Of a DNA stretch of 64,000 nt, positions 37,583 through 48,028 are shown in pieces. This stretch comes from an uncultured delta proteobacterium. Lineage in GTDB: Bacteria > Desulfobacterota > RBG-13-43-22. The stretch spans positions 578,369-642,368 of the forward strand of contig CAWBOS010000015.1 in assembly GCA_963790475.1 (NCBI GenBank), written 5' to 3'. Within the stretch, counting starts at the first letter, position 1. Every line of letters starts with the position of its first letter. The notes under the pieces are model-generated. The model searched no databases. It was given only the letters and a program-made list of their open reading frames with translations, and was not told where the DNA came from. A program made the translations under genes and the position numbers.

Positions 37583-40500
37583 ATGTTCCTTTCCAATCTT
37601 TCCATTAAAAGACCGATATTCGCCACCATGATGATGCTGGCCCTGGTCATTCTGGGGATTTTTTCCTATCGCCGGCTGGCCGTAGATATGTATCCGGATG
37701 TGGAAATCCCGGTCCTTTCCATCGTCACCATTTTTCCCGGAGCCTCTCCGGAGACGGTGGAACGGGAAGTGACCAAACGGATCGAAGAGGTGGTCAACCG
37801 CATTTCCGGGGCCAAACACGTCATCTCCATCTCCCGGGAAAGTGTCTCCCAGGTGGTGGTTGAGTTTCAACTGGAAGTAAAGATCAACGAGGCCTCACAG
37901 GATGCCCGGGCCAAGATCAACACCATCCGCAAGGATCTTCCCCAGGATATCGAAGAACCGGTCATTCAAAAAATTGATATTTCCGGCATGCCGGCCGTCT
38001 CTCTGGCGGTACGGTCCGAAAGCCTTATCCCCGAGAGATCTGACCACCCTGGTGGAAAAAAAGGTCAAACGCAGTTTTGAAAACATCTCCGGTGTCGGCA
38101 AGGTGGAATTGGTCGGGTCTTCCAAACGGGAGGTCAACATCTGGATTGATCCCTTTCGCCTGCAGGCCTTAAATTTAGGCGTGGACGAGGTCATAGCCGG
38201 TCTGCAATCGGAAAATGTCAATATCCCTCTGGGCCGATTGAACCGCAACGGTTCCGAATTTCCCCTTCGGGTGTCCGGAAAACCAGAGGAAGTGGAACAG
38301 TTCAAGACCATGGTCATCGGTCAACGAGGAGGCCGCCCGATCCTCTTAAGCGAGGTGGCCGATGTCCGGGACGGCATGGAAGAACAACGTTCCCTGGCCA
38401 TGATCAATGGCATACCGGCCGTGTCGCTCAATATCCTTAAACAAACCGGGGCCAATACGGTGGAGGTGGTGAATAACGTCAAAAAAACCATCGCCAGGCT
38501 TCAGAAAGAACTTCCTGCCGGGACCATCATCGATATCGTCCAGGATTCTTCCATCGTCATCCGGGATTCGGTTCGTGACGTCCAGGAGACCATGATTCTG
38601 GGCGGTATTTTAACCATCCTGATCGTTTTTTGCTTTCTCAATTCCTGGCGTTCCACGGTAATCACCGGCCTGACTCTGCCTATTTCGGTCATCTCTTCTT
38701 TTATCGTCATGAACTTTGTAGGTATGACCATCAACGTCATGACCTTAATGGCCTTGTCGTTGGCCATCGGCTTATTGATCGATGATGCCATAGTCGTCCG
38801 GGAAAACATCGTCCGCCATCTGGAACGGGGTCAGGATCATATCACCGCCGCCCAGGATGGGACCAGCGAGATTGGGCTGGCCGTTTTGGCCACCTCCTTT
38901 TCGATTGTGGCCGTTTTTGTCCCGGTGGCCTTTATGAAGGGAATTGTGGGGCGTTTTTTCTTCCAATTCGGGATTACGGTGACCTTTGCGGTTATCATTT
39001 CCCTGTTTGTCTCCTTCACCCTTGATCCCATGCTCTCCTCACGCTGGTTCGACCCGGATATTGAAAGAAAAGGGGAAACGGCATTTTCTGGCCCGAATGC
39101 TGGATTATTTCAATCATTGGTTTGACTGGATGGCCGATCGATACCGATTGGTTGTTGCTTGGGCTTTGGATCATCGCAAGTCGGTGATGGTGATCACCAC
39201 CCTGGCCTTTTTGGCCGGCTTGTCTATATTTATCAACCTCCCCAATGCCTTTTTCCCTTCCTTCGACGCCAGTGAATTCCAATTGAACTTTACCACCGCA
39301 CCGGGGTCCTCCATAGAGGAAACCCGGGGACGGGTGGCTGCCGTCCTGTCGACCCTGAAGCAACTCCCCGAGATCAAACATACCTACACGACCATCGGGG
39401 CCGGAGACACCGGAACTGTCCGGGATGTGCGTATGTTTATTAAATTAAAAGAGCGCAGCGAGCGGTCCCGAAGTCAAACCCAGCTACAGGAAGAAGTGCG
39501 GCGCAGGATCATGGAGATTCCGGGTATTTTGCCTTCGATCATGGAAGCCGGCCGGATGGACAGCCGAAAACCGTTGCTCGTCAGTATCCGAGGGGATGAT
39601 ATTACCGAGCTTAAAAAATATGCCGCCCAGCTCAAAGCGATGGTCCGTCCCATCAAAGGTATCGTCGATCTTGATGTCACTCTGGAACAGGACGTCCCTG
39701 AATACCGCCTGACCGTCGATCGGGAGAGAGCCGTGGACACCGGCTTGATGACCGCCAATATTGTCCGCACCGTGGGGGCCCTGGTGGGAGGGAAGGCCGT
39801 GTCCACTTATGAAGATGAGGATGGTGACGCCGTCGACCTGCGGGTGCGGCTCCCGCAGGACCTTACGGCAGGACCCGGATCAGGTGAAACAGTTGCGATT
39901 ATCCGTTCAGAAATTGGGTCAGCCTCCCGCCTTGGTTCCCCTCGGCGACCTGGTTTCCTACCAAAGGAAAACCACCCCCTCGGAGATTAACCGTCAGGAC
40001 CTTTCCCGGGAAGTGGTCCTCTCAGCCAACCTGGACAAACTGCCTCTCGGCTCGGCCATGGCCAAGATCAAGGAGGTCATAAAAAACTTGAAAATGGCCC
40101 CCGGGTATAAAGTGGTTTTCTCCGGTGAAGGGGAGGATATGGTGGAATCCTTTGGTTATATGGCCGAGGCCTTGATCCTGGCGATTCTTTTTGTCTATCT
40201 GATACTGGCCTCCCAGTTCGAGTCCTTTATCGATCCGTTGGCCATTATGCTGTCTTTGCCTCTTTCCCTGGTGGGTATGGCCGGGATGCTTTATCTGACC
40301 GGCGACACGATCAATATGATGTCTCTTATCGGTCTCATCATGCTGATGGGTCTGGTGACCAAAAATGCCATTTTGCTGGTGGATTACACCAAGGTCCTTC
40401 GTTCCCGGGGGCTGGAACGAAAAGAGGCCATTATCACCGCCGGTCGGACCAGGCTGCGGCCCATCATGATGACCACCCTGGCCATGATCTTCGGCATGCT

Positions 40501-40687
40501 GCCCCTGGCCCTGGCCCTGGGTTCCGGGGCGGAGATGCGGGCCCCCATGGCCCGGGCCGTTATCGGAGGGCTGATCACTTCCACTTTTCTGACCTTGCTG
40601 GTGGTCCCGGTGGTTTACTCCCTGCTTGATGATGTCAGTGAACATTTCCGTCGGAAGCGGGCACAAAAAAAGGAGGTCCTTTCATGA
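37583..40687 (+). CDS. RND efflux permease (AcrB/D/F family), split by three +1 frameshifts
   Basis: SIKRPIF, GLLIDDAIVVRENI, KNAILLVD and RLRPIMMT in successive frames. Confidence 0.88.
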
Positions 40688-42054
40688 ATTCGCGTATGAT
40701 GATGAAAATACAACTTCTCCTGGCTGTTTTCGCAATAGTCTTGGGAACGCTTCTCCCGGCTCAGGCTTCTGAGGCAAAGAAAAATGTCATGGTATTGTCG
40801 TTGGATCAGGCCTTGCAGATAGCCATGGAGAAAAACAAGGATATTCAGAAGGCCAGGGAATATCGTAATCAGGTGGAAGGGCGTTATGTAGAAGAACGGG
40901 CCGCGGCCCTGCCCCGATTTGCGATCCAAGGTAGTTTTGAACGAGGCAGAGACGAAAGTCAAAAGGCCCTTGGCAGTATCTATCCTGTGAACGCGGAATA
41001 CCGTTCCTTGGGGATCGGTATTTCTCAAGTCCTCTATTCCTTTGGTCAGGTGAGTGCCGCCATTCGCGCTGCCAAGGTCGGCCTTAAAACCGCTGACGAC
41101 CAATTGCTTCTTTATCAGCAGGCAGCCTTAAAAGACGTATCATCGGCCTTTTACGATGCCCTGCTCTCCAGGGAATTGGATGCCCTGGCTCGACAGAACC
41201 TGGAACAAAGGACCCGTCATCTGGAAGAGGCCCTTAAAAAATATGCGGCCGGTACGGCTACCGATTACGACGTCTTAGCCGCAGAGGTGGCCGTGAAAAA
41301 CGCCCGGCCCGATGTTATTCGAACCGAAAATCTTATCCGGATTACCAGGGACAGGTTGCGCTTTCTTTTGGGTTTGGAAGGTCAGGAGGTCGACACCGTA
41401 GGAACTCTTTTATCCCCCACGATAATCCCTCCCTCCTATGAAGACAGCCTGGCTATTGCCTGGAAAAATCGGCCGGAATTGTCCGGTTATAAAAACCGAA
41501 TCGGTATAGCCGAAGAGTTGGTGACCATTTACAAGGCCGGGAACAAACCGCATCTGGATTTAAGAGCCAGTTATGGGTGGAAAAGCTTGGATCTGCAAAG
41601 CCCGCCTCTTTTCGGCGAAGCCGAGGGTCAGGCTTGGATGGCCGGGGTTTATCTAACCTTTCCTTTTTTTGACGGTCTGCGGACTCAGGGTAAGGTAGCC
41701 CAGGCTAAAAGTGACTTAGCTACATTGAAAATAGAAGAGGCTAAACTGATTGATTCCATCGTCTTGCAGATCCATGAAGCCATCAATGCCGTTTCTGAAT
41801 CCGGAGAAATCCTTAAAGGCCTTACCGGCACGGTGTCCCAGGCCCAACGTCTTCTGACCATGGCCGAAAAAGGATATGAATTCGGGGTCAAGACCAGGCT
41901 GGATGTGGACGATGCCCAATTGAACCTCCAGCTGGCCCAAAGCAACCTGGCCAAGGCCCGAAGGGACCATCTGGCAGCTCAGACAAATTTACAATGGGCC
42001 ATGGGGACCATTCAAGCCCCCTCGATCCCCTCACCGCCCACTCCACCGAAATAA
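40684..42054 (+). CDS. TolC family outer-membrane efflux protein
   Basis: Signal peptide, LSLDQALQIA, NRPEL, PFFDG; intact ORF. Confidence 0.9.
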   Translation: MNSRMMMKIQLLLAVFAIVLGTLLPAQASEAKKNVMVLSLDQALQIAMEKNKDIQKAREYRNQVEGRYVEERAAALPRFAIQGSFERGRDESQKALGSIYPVNAEYRSLGIGISQVLYSFGQVSAAIRAAKVGLKTADDQLLLYQQAALKDVSSAFYDALLSRELDALARQNLEQRTRHLEEALKKYAAGTATDYDVLAAEVAVKNARPDVIRTENLIRITRDRLRFLLGLEGQEVDTVGTLLSPTIIPPSYEDSLAIAWKNRPELSGYKNRIGIAEELVTIYKAGNKPHLDLRASYGWKSLDLQSPPLFGEAEGQAWMAGVYLTFPFFDGLRTQGKVAQAKSDLATLKIEEAKLIDSIVLQIHEAINAVSESGEILKGLTGTVSQAQRLLTMAEKGYEFGVKTRLDVDDAQLNLQLAQSNLAKARRDHLAAQTNLQWAMGTIQAPSIPSPPTPPK

Positions 42055-42176
42055 ACCCCAAGGTTGAAAAAGCAGAGGAATAAACAACATATCGAAATGT
42101 TGGCTTTTCACTTGACAACATTTGCTGATTTCCATAAATTATAATCAAAAATTTTATTCCAGAAAAGAGAATCGTT

Positions 42177-42362
42177 ATGTTCAAGGTCGAAGTAGACCCG
42201 GATAAGTGTGTGGGGGATGAAGAATGCGTGGAGGTCTGCCCAGTGGATGTATTCGAGCTTCAAGACGGCAAGGCCGTCCCCGTTCGGGCAGAAGAATGCT
42301 TGGGCTGTGAAAGCTGTATTGAGGTTTGTGAAGAGGAAGCGATCACAGTAACTGAGGTTTAA
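42177..42362 (+). CDS. Ferredoxin (CxxDxxC + CxxCxxC, 7Fe/8Fe type)
   Basis: CVGDEECVEVCP ... CLGCESCIEVC. Confidence 0.92.
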   Translation: MFKVEVDPDKCVGDEECVEVCPVDVFELQDGKAVPVRAEECLGCESCIEVCEEEAITVTEV

Positions 42363-42367
42363 GTAAC

Positions 42368-42403
42368 AAAGGTCTGCCCGGAGGATTCCAGGCAGACCTT
42401 TTT
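42368..42403. terminator. Bidirectional intrinsic terminator
   Basis: AAAGGTCTGCC...GGCAGACCTTTTT between convergent genes. Confidence 0.8.
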
Positions 42404-42423
42404 GTTTCCCAACCTGAAAGGTT

Positions 42424-42867
42424 TTACTTCTTGGCCACCACGTGACACTGCGCGCACAGCGTAGGCCCTGATTTCTTGCCTTCAGCTTTCAATTTGTTGT
42501 GGCAGTCCCTGCAATTTTTATGATAGGCATTATTGAGCGATAAAATCTTGCCTTGATCGGCTGCCTTGTGGCATTCATTACATTTTTGAACCTTCGTCAC
42601 CCCTTGTTTCCACGTGTTTTTCCCGTCTTTGTAGAGATGATGACATTCGGTACAGGCGACCTTGTGTTCTTTTTCGTGCTTCAAGTGGGTAAATTCCACC
42701 GGCGGTTTGGTCCGTTTTCCATCCTTAAAAAAAGATTTATCATTATCAATTTTGATGGTATCCGGGGCCTTATCGGCGGCATAAACCCAGGCCATCAACC
42801 CTAAGGAAAAGAGAAATGCCGCAATTATGATGATAATTGCCAAGCCTTTTTTCATCTTAACACTCAC
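42424..42867 (-). CDS. Tetraheme cytochrome c3 (class III)
   Basis: Signal peptide, FTHLKH, CTECHH, CNECH, CRDCH, CAQCH. Confidence 0.92.
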   Translation of the reverse strand: MSVKMKKGLAIIIIIAAFLFSLGLMAWVYAADKAPDTIKIDNDKSFFKDGKRTKPPVEFTHLKHEKEHKVACTECHHLYKDGKNTWKQGVTKVQKCNECHKAADQGKILSLNNAYHKNCRDCHNKLKAEGKKSGPTLCAQCHVVAKK

Positions 42868-43037
42868 CTCCCCTCCTTAAATTGTAAGTTAGCCGATAAT
42901 TTGTTTTCTATCTATCTCATAGAATCATTTCATATAATCAAACGTTATTGTTCTGTCAAGAAAAAGTTGACACAACCTGATTATTTTGATAAAAAGAAAT
43001 AAATTTAATAGTTTTTGACCTTCAAAGGGGGTACAAG

Positions 43038-43226
43038 ATTACGGTTTCATCAAGTACTCACAGCGTTTGGAGTATTCTCCCCTGGGAAGTGCCCTGGGAT
43101 GTAGGACATGTTTTTTTTCTTGGCCTGACTTACCTGGTTCTGGCCGTACTCGGGGTGACATTGATTGTCGTGGTCCTGAGGACCAGGCGGTCAATTAAAA
43201 GCCGCGCACGATTAACCATTTTTTGA
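43038..43226 (+). CDS. Unannotated small single-TM protein (62 aa, apparent ATT start)
   Basis: AAGGGGG RBS then ATT; PWEVPWDVGHVFFLGLTYLVLAVLGVTLIVVVLRTRR; stop 16 nt before tatA. Confidence 0.55.
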   Translation: MTVSSSTHSVWSILPWEVPWDVGHVFFLGLTYLVLAVLGVTLIVVVLRTRRSIKSRARLTIF

Positions 43227-43242
43227 AACCTAAGGAGATCCG

Positions 43243-43446
43243 ATGTTTGGACTTGGGACACAGGAATTAATCATTATTCTCGGTATTGCCCTGTTTATTT
43301 TTGGGGCAAAAAAACTACCTGAAATCGGCAAAGGCCTGGGCAAAAGCATCCGGGAATTTAAAAGCAGTGTCAGTGGAGAAGAGGAAAAGGAAGACCCGGC
43401 CAAACCGAAAGAAATCAATAAGGAAAACACCGACAAACCCTCCTGA
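43243..43446 (+). CDS. tatA: Twin-arginine translocase subunit TatA/E
   Basis: MFGLGTQELIIIL..FGAKKLPEIGKGLGKSIREFK. Confidence 0.95.
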   Translation: MFGLGTQELIIILGIALFIFGAKKLPEIGKGLGKSIREFKSSVSGEEEKEDPAKPKEINKENTDKPS

Positions 43447-43572
43447 TCCCTTCGCCGGGACCTTCCCTTCTTTTTGATCCTGCCGATATCAATTCTTTTA
43501 GAAATTTCCTGATTTCTTAACAAAGATACCGAAAGGGATGGTCTAATAAGTCTTATTATAGAGAGGTATACC

Positions 43573-44529
43573 ATGGTTGTCAAAACCAGCAAACGGGATG
43601 CCCTGCTTGGATTATTGAAAAAGAACTCGCCCCAGGAATATATCCCGGCCGCTTTTTTTATTCACTTTGAAAAATCCTTTCGCTTAGGATCGGCCGCGGT
43701 GGAAAAGCATCTGGAGTATTTCCGCTATACCGGCATGGACTTGGTGAAGATTCAGTATGAAAGGACCTTTCCACCGATTGCCGAGATAAAGAAACCGGAA
43801 GATTGGGCAAAGATGCCTTTTTATAAATTGGATTTTTATCAGCCCCAATTGGAGGTGGTCAACGGATTGGTCAAGAAGGCACAAAAGGAGGCTCTGGTCA
43901 TTGTGACCTTATATTCCCCTTTCATGTGTGCCGGCCATACTGCTACTTCTCGTTTGCTCACGGCCCATCTCCAGAAAAACCCCGAGGCCGTAAAGAAAGG
44001 GCTGGAAGTTATCACCGAGAGCCTGATGTTGTTTGTCAAAGAATGCATCCGGCTGGGAGTGGATGGGTTCTACGCCTCCACCCAAGGGGGAGAAGTCGGC
44101 CGATTCCAGGATTCCCAAATATTTAAAAATTATATCAAGCCCCATGACCTGGTCCTCATGAACGAAATGAACCGGGCCTGCATCTTCAACATCCTGCATG
44201 TCTGCGATTACCACGGGCCCTATGATGATTTCGGTCCATTTCTCGACTATCCAGGACACGTGGTCAACTGCAATCCGTTGCTCAGCACAGGGCAATTGGC
44301 CTGGAAGGAAATTGCCCGACTGTTCAAACGACCTTGCATGGGGGGACTGGACAGGCAGGGGATTATTGTGTCCGGTTCTAAGGAAGAGATAGAAAAAAAG
44401 GTAAATGAAGAACTGAGTGAGGTCTCTCACCCTTTCGTTCTTGGGGCCGATTGTACGCTGCCGGGTGAAATCCCCTGGTTAAACATCCGGACGGCAATCT
44501 CTGCCGCCCATGCCTTTCGAAGGAGCTGA
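43573..44529 (+). CDS. Uroporphyrinogen decarboxylase / MtaA-like superfamily protein
   Basis: TLYSPF, ILHVC, MGGLD, LGADC motifs. Confidence 0.75.
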   Translation: MVVKTSKRDALLGLLKKNSPQEYIPAAFFIHFEKSFRLGSAAVEKHLEYFRYTGMDLVKIQYERTFPPIAEIKKPEDWAKMPFYKLDFYQPQLEVVNGLVKKAQKEALVIVTLYSPFMCAGHTATSRLLTAHLQKNPEAVKKGLEVITESLMLFVKECIRLGVDGFYASTQGGEVGRFQDSQIFKNYIKPHDLVLMNEMNRACIFNILHVCDYHGPYDDFGPFLDYPGHVVNCNPLLSTGQLAWKEIARLFKRPCMGGLDRQGIIVSGSKEEIEKKVNEELSEVSHPFVLGADCTLPGEIPWLNIRTAISAAHAFRRS

Positions 44530-44912
44530 TCCGAAAAAGAGGCAGAACCTGCTCTTTTGGCAAACAGGAGCGGGCCTTATTGATTTAGTTTTGGAAAAGG
44601 GTTATGCCGGAAACGGCACAAAATAAAATAATTTTTATTTCCTTTCCCGGTAAACGGTTCAAGCCCAATTCCAAATGATCGCCTTCCCGCTTTTTCTCCT
44701 TGACCCCTTACCCGGCCTATCCTATACTTTTTCAAAAAAGAAAACCCTTATCAAAAAATCCTGTTTATTACGTACAGGTGTGAACCAAAAGCCTTAAGAA
44801 AATGCTTTTTTGAGGTGAACCGCCCTTACGATTTTTTTTCGGCCAAAACCACCGGAAGATTAAAAATAGGAGCAACCCGGTTTTGACCGTCACTGGTCTT
44901 TGAGGAGAAATA

Positions 44913-46553
44913 ATGAAAGAAAACGAAAACACAGGTTCTGTGGAATCGGGACCGCGGATGCTGCTCAAGAATGGTCTGATCGTGGACGGCTCCGGGCGAA
45001 AAGGGTATCGGGGCGATCTGCTTATCAAGGGGTCCCGCATTGAGCAAGTTTCCGAAAAACCGATTGAACTGAAGGATTGTGCCTCCATCGACTGCACCGG
45101 ACTGGTCATTGCCCCGGGTTTCATTGATGCCCATTCCCATATGGACCGGACTCTGGCCTACCAAGGGCAGGAGGACCTTAAAACCCCTTTCACCGCCCAG
45201 GGCTGCACTACCTTCATTGCCGGCAACTGCGGAAGCAGCGCGGGAAGTCTTCGCCGTGATAACCGGTATGTCAGTCAGATTACCCTCTTCGAAAAATTTC
45301 CCCAGCCCGTAGACTGGGATTCCATGGAAGGGTATTTCACCCACCTGGAACGAATCGGGTTAAGCCACAACCTGGTCCAACTGGCCGGGCATGGCACGGA
45401 ATGGGCTACTCTGCGGGGCCGCAATCCTAACCCTTTTTCCCCCGAAGAGAAGCAATCGATTTTCCGTAGACTGGAAGAAGCCCTGGACCAGGGAGCGGCC
45501 GGCGTATCCTTTGGACTCCAGTATGAGCCGGATATTTTTTGTCCGCCGGAACAGATCAGGGAAGTCGGCCGTTTGTTGAAGCGGAAGAATAAAATCCTGA
45601 CCGTTCATGGCCGTGCTTATTCCAAGGTGTCGGGTGCCTTTCGGGAGAGGGGGGGAACCCCGCACAATGTCCTGGCATTAATGGAAATGATCGATGTGGC
45701 CCGGGAAACCGGTGTGCGTCTCCAGTATTCGCACCTTATGTTCGCCGGCTTCAAATCTTTTCCTACCTACGAACAATGCCTCGATATCCTGGATAAGACC
45801 GTCTCCGACGGAGGGGACGTCATGACAGACTCCTATCCCTATCATTGCGGATACTCGGTTATCAATGTGATCCTGCCCGGCTGGTTCCTGGCCAACATCC
45901 CGGCCAACTACCACGACCGGGAAGCCAGGGAAAGGGTGGAACGCGGGCTGGAGCGCATGCCCGATTTTAACGGGTTCGGCTTCGGGGATATTCAGATCAT
46001 GAACGCCGATCATCCCGAGCTGGGAAAATATGACGGCTGGTTTCTCAGTGACATTGCCGGGGACCTCGGGATCAGTCCGCCGAAGACCGCCCTTTTTCTT
46101 TCAGAAAAGACCAAAGGCCGGACTCACATACTCAATCACCAATACAGTGACCTGAAGATCATCGATGCCCTGATCAGTCATCCCTCCTGCCTGTTCATGA
46201 CTGACTCCACAGTTTCCGTGGCCGGCCTTCAGAATCCGGCCTCCTTCGGGTCCTTTCCGCTTGTTCTTCAGTATGCCCGGGACCGAAAGCTCGTTTCCCT
46301 GGAAGAGGCCGTACGCCGGATGACGGGGGCCACGGCCGAACGTTTCAAGCTGAAGGAACGGGGTTTTTTAAAGGAGGGTTATGCCGCGGATATCACTGTT
46401 TTCGATTGGCAGAAAATCAAGGATCATAACACGGTGACCAAAACCGACCAGGCCCCAAGCGGAATCGAGGCTGTATTCATCAATGGCCGACAGGTGATGA
46501 AGGACGGCCGCGTGGATTCATCCATCAATGCCGGTGAAGTCCTCCGGCTTTGA
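44913..46553 (+). CDS. N-acyl-D-amino-acid deacylase-like amidohydrolase
   Basis: PGFIDAHSH, GNCG, YPY, AVRRMT..A.RF, GYAADITVFD. Confidence 0.85.
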   Translation: MKENENTGSVESGPRMLLKNGLIVDGSGRKGYRGDLLIKGSRIEQVSEKPIELKDCASIDCTGLVIAPGFIDAHSHMDRTLAYQGQEDLKTPFTAQGCTTFIAGNCGSSAGSLRRDNRYVSQITLFEKFPQPVDWDSMEGYFTHLERIGLSHNLVQLAGHGTEWATLRGRNPNPFSPEEKQSIFRRLEEALDQGAAGVSFGLQYEPDIFCPPEQIREVGRLLKRKNKILTVHGRAYSKVSGAFRERGGTPHNVLALMEMIDVARETGVRLQYSHLMFAGFKSFPTYEQCLDILDKTVSDGGDVMTDSYPYHCGYSVINVILPGWFLANIPANYHDREARERVERGLERMPDFNGFGFGDIQIMNADHPELGKYDGWFLSDIAGDLGISPPKTALFLSEKTKGRTHILNHQYSDLKIIDALISHPSCLFMTDSTVSVAGLQNPASFGSFPLVLQYARDRKLVSLEEAVRRMTGATAERFKLKERGFLKEGYAADITVFDWQKIKDHNTVTKTDQAPSGIEAVFINGRQVMKDGRVDSSINAGEVLRL

Positions 46554-46704
46554 GCCTCGAAGTTGTGAAGAAATAATCGAGGTAAACATGGCCAGCGGTT
46601 ACAGGCCCCGTCTCGCCAAAGAAATAACGGAGGGGATCCATTCCTTTTGAACGTGAAGTTCAGGAACAAACTCTTTATAGAGAGGGAAAAAAGAGAGGTG
46701 CAGG

Positions 46705-47934
46705 ATGGCAAGTTTTGAAAAATCTCAAGCCCTATTTCAGAGGGCCAGGATAGTAATCCCCGGAGGTATTCCCGGGCACCAGACCCCGGCTTTGCTGGTT
46801 CGCGAACAAAGCCCCTGTTTTATAGAAAAGGCGGAGGGATGCCGGTTCTGGGATGTGGACGGGAATGTGTATATCGATTATATGTGCGCTTATGGTCCCA
46901 TGGTCCTCGGTTACAATCACCCAAAGGTGGAAGAGGCCGTTCAAGAACAGAGGCTCAAAGGGAATTGTTTCAACCTCCCATCTCCTTTGTTGGTCGAGCT
47001 CGCGGAATATCTGGTGGAGTTGATACCATCGGCCGATTGGGCTGTTTTCGGGAAAAACGGCTCTGATGCCACCAATTATGCCTGTCAGGTGGCCAGGGCC
47101 CACACGGGCCGGAAAAAGATCATTATGGCTGAGGGGGCCTATCACGGAATCGGGGCCTGGTGCAACCCCAACACCACCGGGATCTGTGAGGAAGATAGGG
47201 TTAACGTCCTCACCTTTCCTTATAACGACCTTCAGGCCCTCCGGGATTTGGTGAAAGCCAACAGGGACGATGTGGCCGGATTGATTCTCTCGCCCTTTCG
47301 TCATGATGCCTTTCACGATCAGGAAATGCCCACAGAGCCTTTTCTGCAAGGTCTTCGCGAACTCTGCAACCTGGAGGGGCCGGTGTTGATCATCGATGAC
47401 GTCCGGGCCGGATTTCGGCTCGACCTGCGCGGTTCCGCTGCCTACTTTGATCTATCCCCTCAGTTGAATTGCTTTTCCAAGGCCTTGGGAAACGGCTACC
47501 CCATTTCGGCCTGCCTGGGCGCCGAAGAACTCAGGCAATCGGCCAGGAAGGTTTACTTTACGGGGTCGTTTTTCATGAGCGGGGTGCCCATGGCCGCGGC
47601 CTTGGCCACTCTAAAAGAGATGGCGGCTGCCAAGGCCGTCGAGCATATGTTCCAGGTGGGGGAGAAATTGAAGCAGGGTATTCTCCAACAGGCTGAAGCG
47701 TTAAAACTGGAGATCCATTACACCGGGCCGGTCACCCTGCCTTTCATGACCTTTGCAGACGATCCATCCTTCAACAAGGCCAGGATCTTCTGTGCCCGGG
47801 CTTTTCAAGAAGGTGTTTTCTTTCATCCTATCCATAATTGGTTCATCTCCGCTGCCCATGGGGAGGAAGAGATTGAACAAACCCTGACAGTCACCCGGAA
47901 AGCCTTCGAGGAGGTCAAGGAGAAATTCGGATAG
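46705..47934 (+). CDS. Class III aminotransferase (glutamate-1-semialdehyde aminomutase-like)
   Basis: WDVDGNVYIDY, KNGSDA, DDVRAGFR, FSKALGNG (PLP Lys). Confidence 0.85.
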   Translation: MASFEKSQALFQRARIVIPGGIPGHQTPALLVREQSPCFIEKAEGCRFWDVDGNVYIDYMCAYGPMVLGYNHPKVEEAVQEQRLKGNCFNLPSPLLVELAEYLVELIPSADWAVFGKNGSDATNYACQVARAHTGRKKIIMAEGAYHGIGAWCNPNTTGICEEDRVNVLTFPYNDLQALRDLVKANRDDVAGLILSPFRHDAFHDQEMPTEPFLQGLRELCNLEGPVLIIDDVRAGFRLDLRGSAAYFDLSPQLNCFSKALGNGYPISACLGAEELRQSARKVYFTGSFFMSGVPMAAALATLKEMAAAKAVEHMFQVGEKLKQGILQQAEALKLEIHYTGPVTLPFMTFADDPSFNKARIFCARAFQEGVFFHPIHNWFISAAHGEEEIEQTLTVTRKAFEEVKEKFG

Positions 47935-48028
47935 ATAGGTTTCGGAGAGTAGCAAAGAGGGCAGGCAATTGTAGAAGGGATTGAACGAGGAGGGTCAGTT
48001 TCATACTAAATAAAAAACAGAAAACGGG

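Noticed and set aside
36190-39870. Programmed ribosomal frameshifting in the efflux operon
   Set aside because: There are too many sites, no shared slippery motif, and all are explained by single extra bases.
43573-47934. hemE and hemL heme-biosynthesis genes
   Set aside because: Only superfamily-level similarity is visible; the HemE WxMRQAGR motif is absent and there are no other hem genes nearby.
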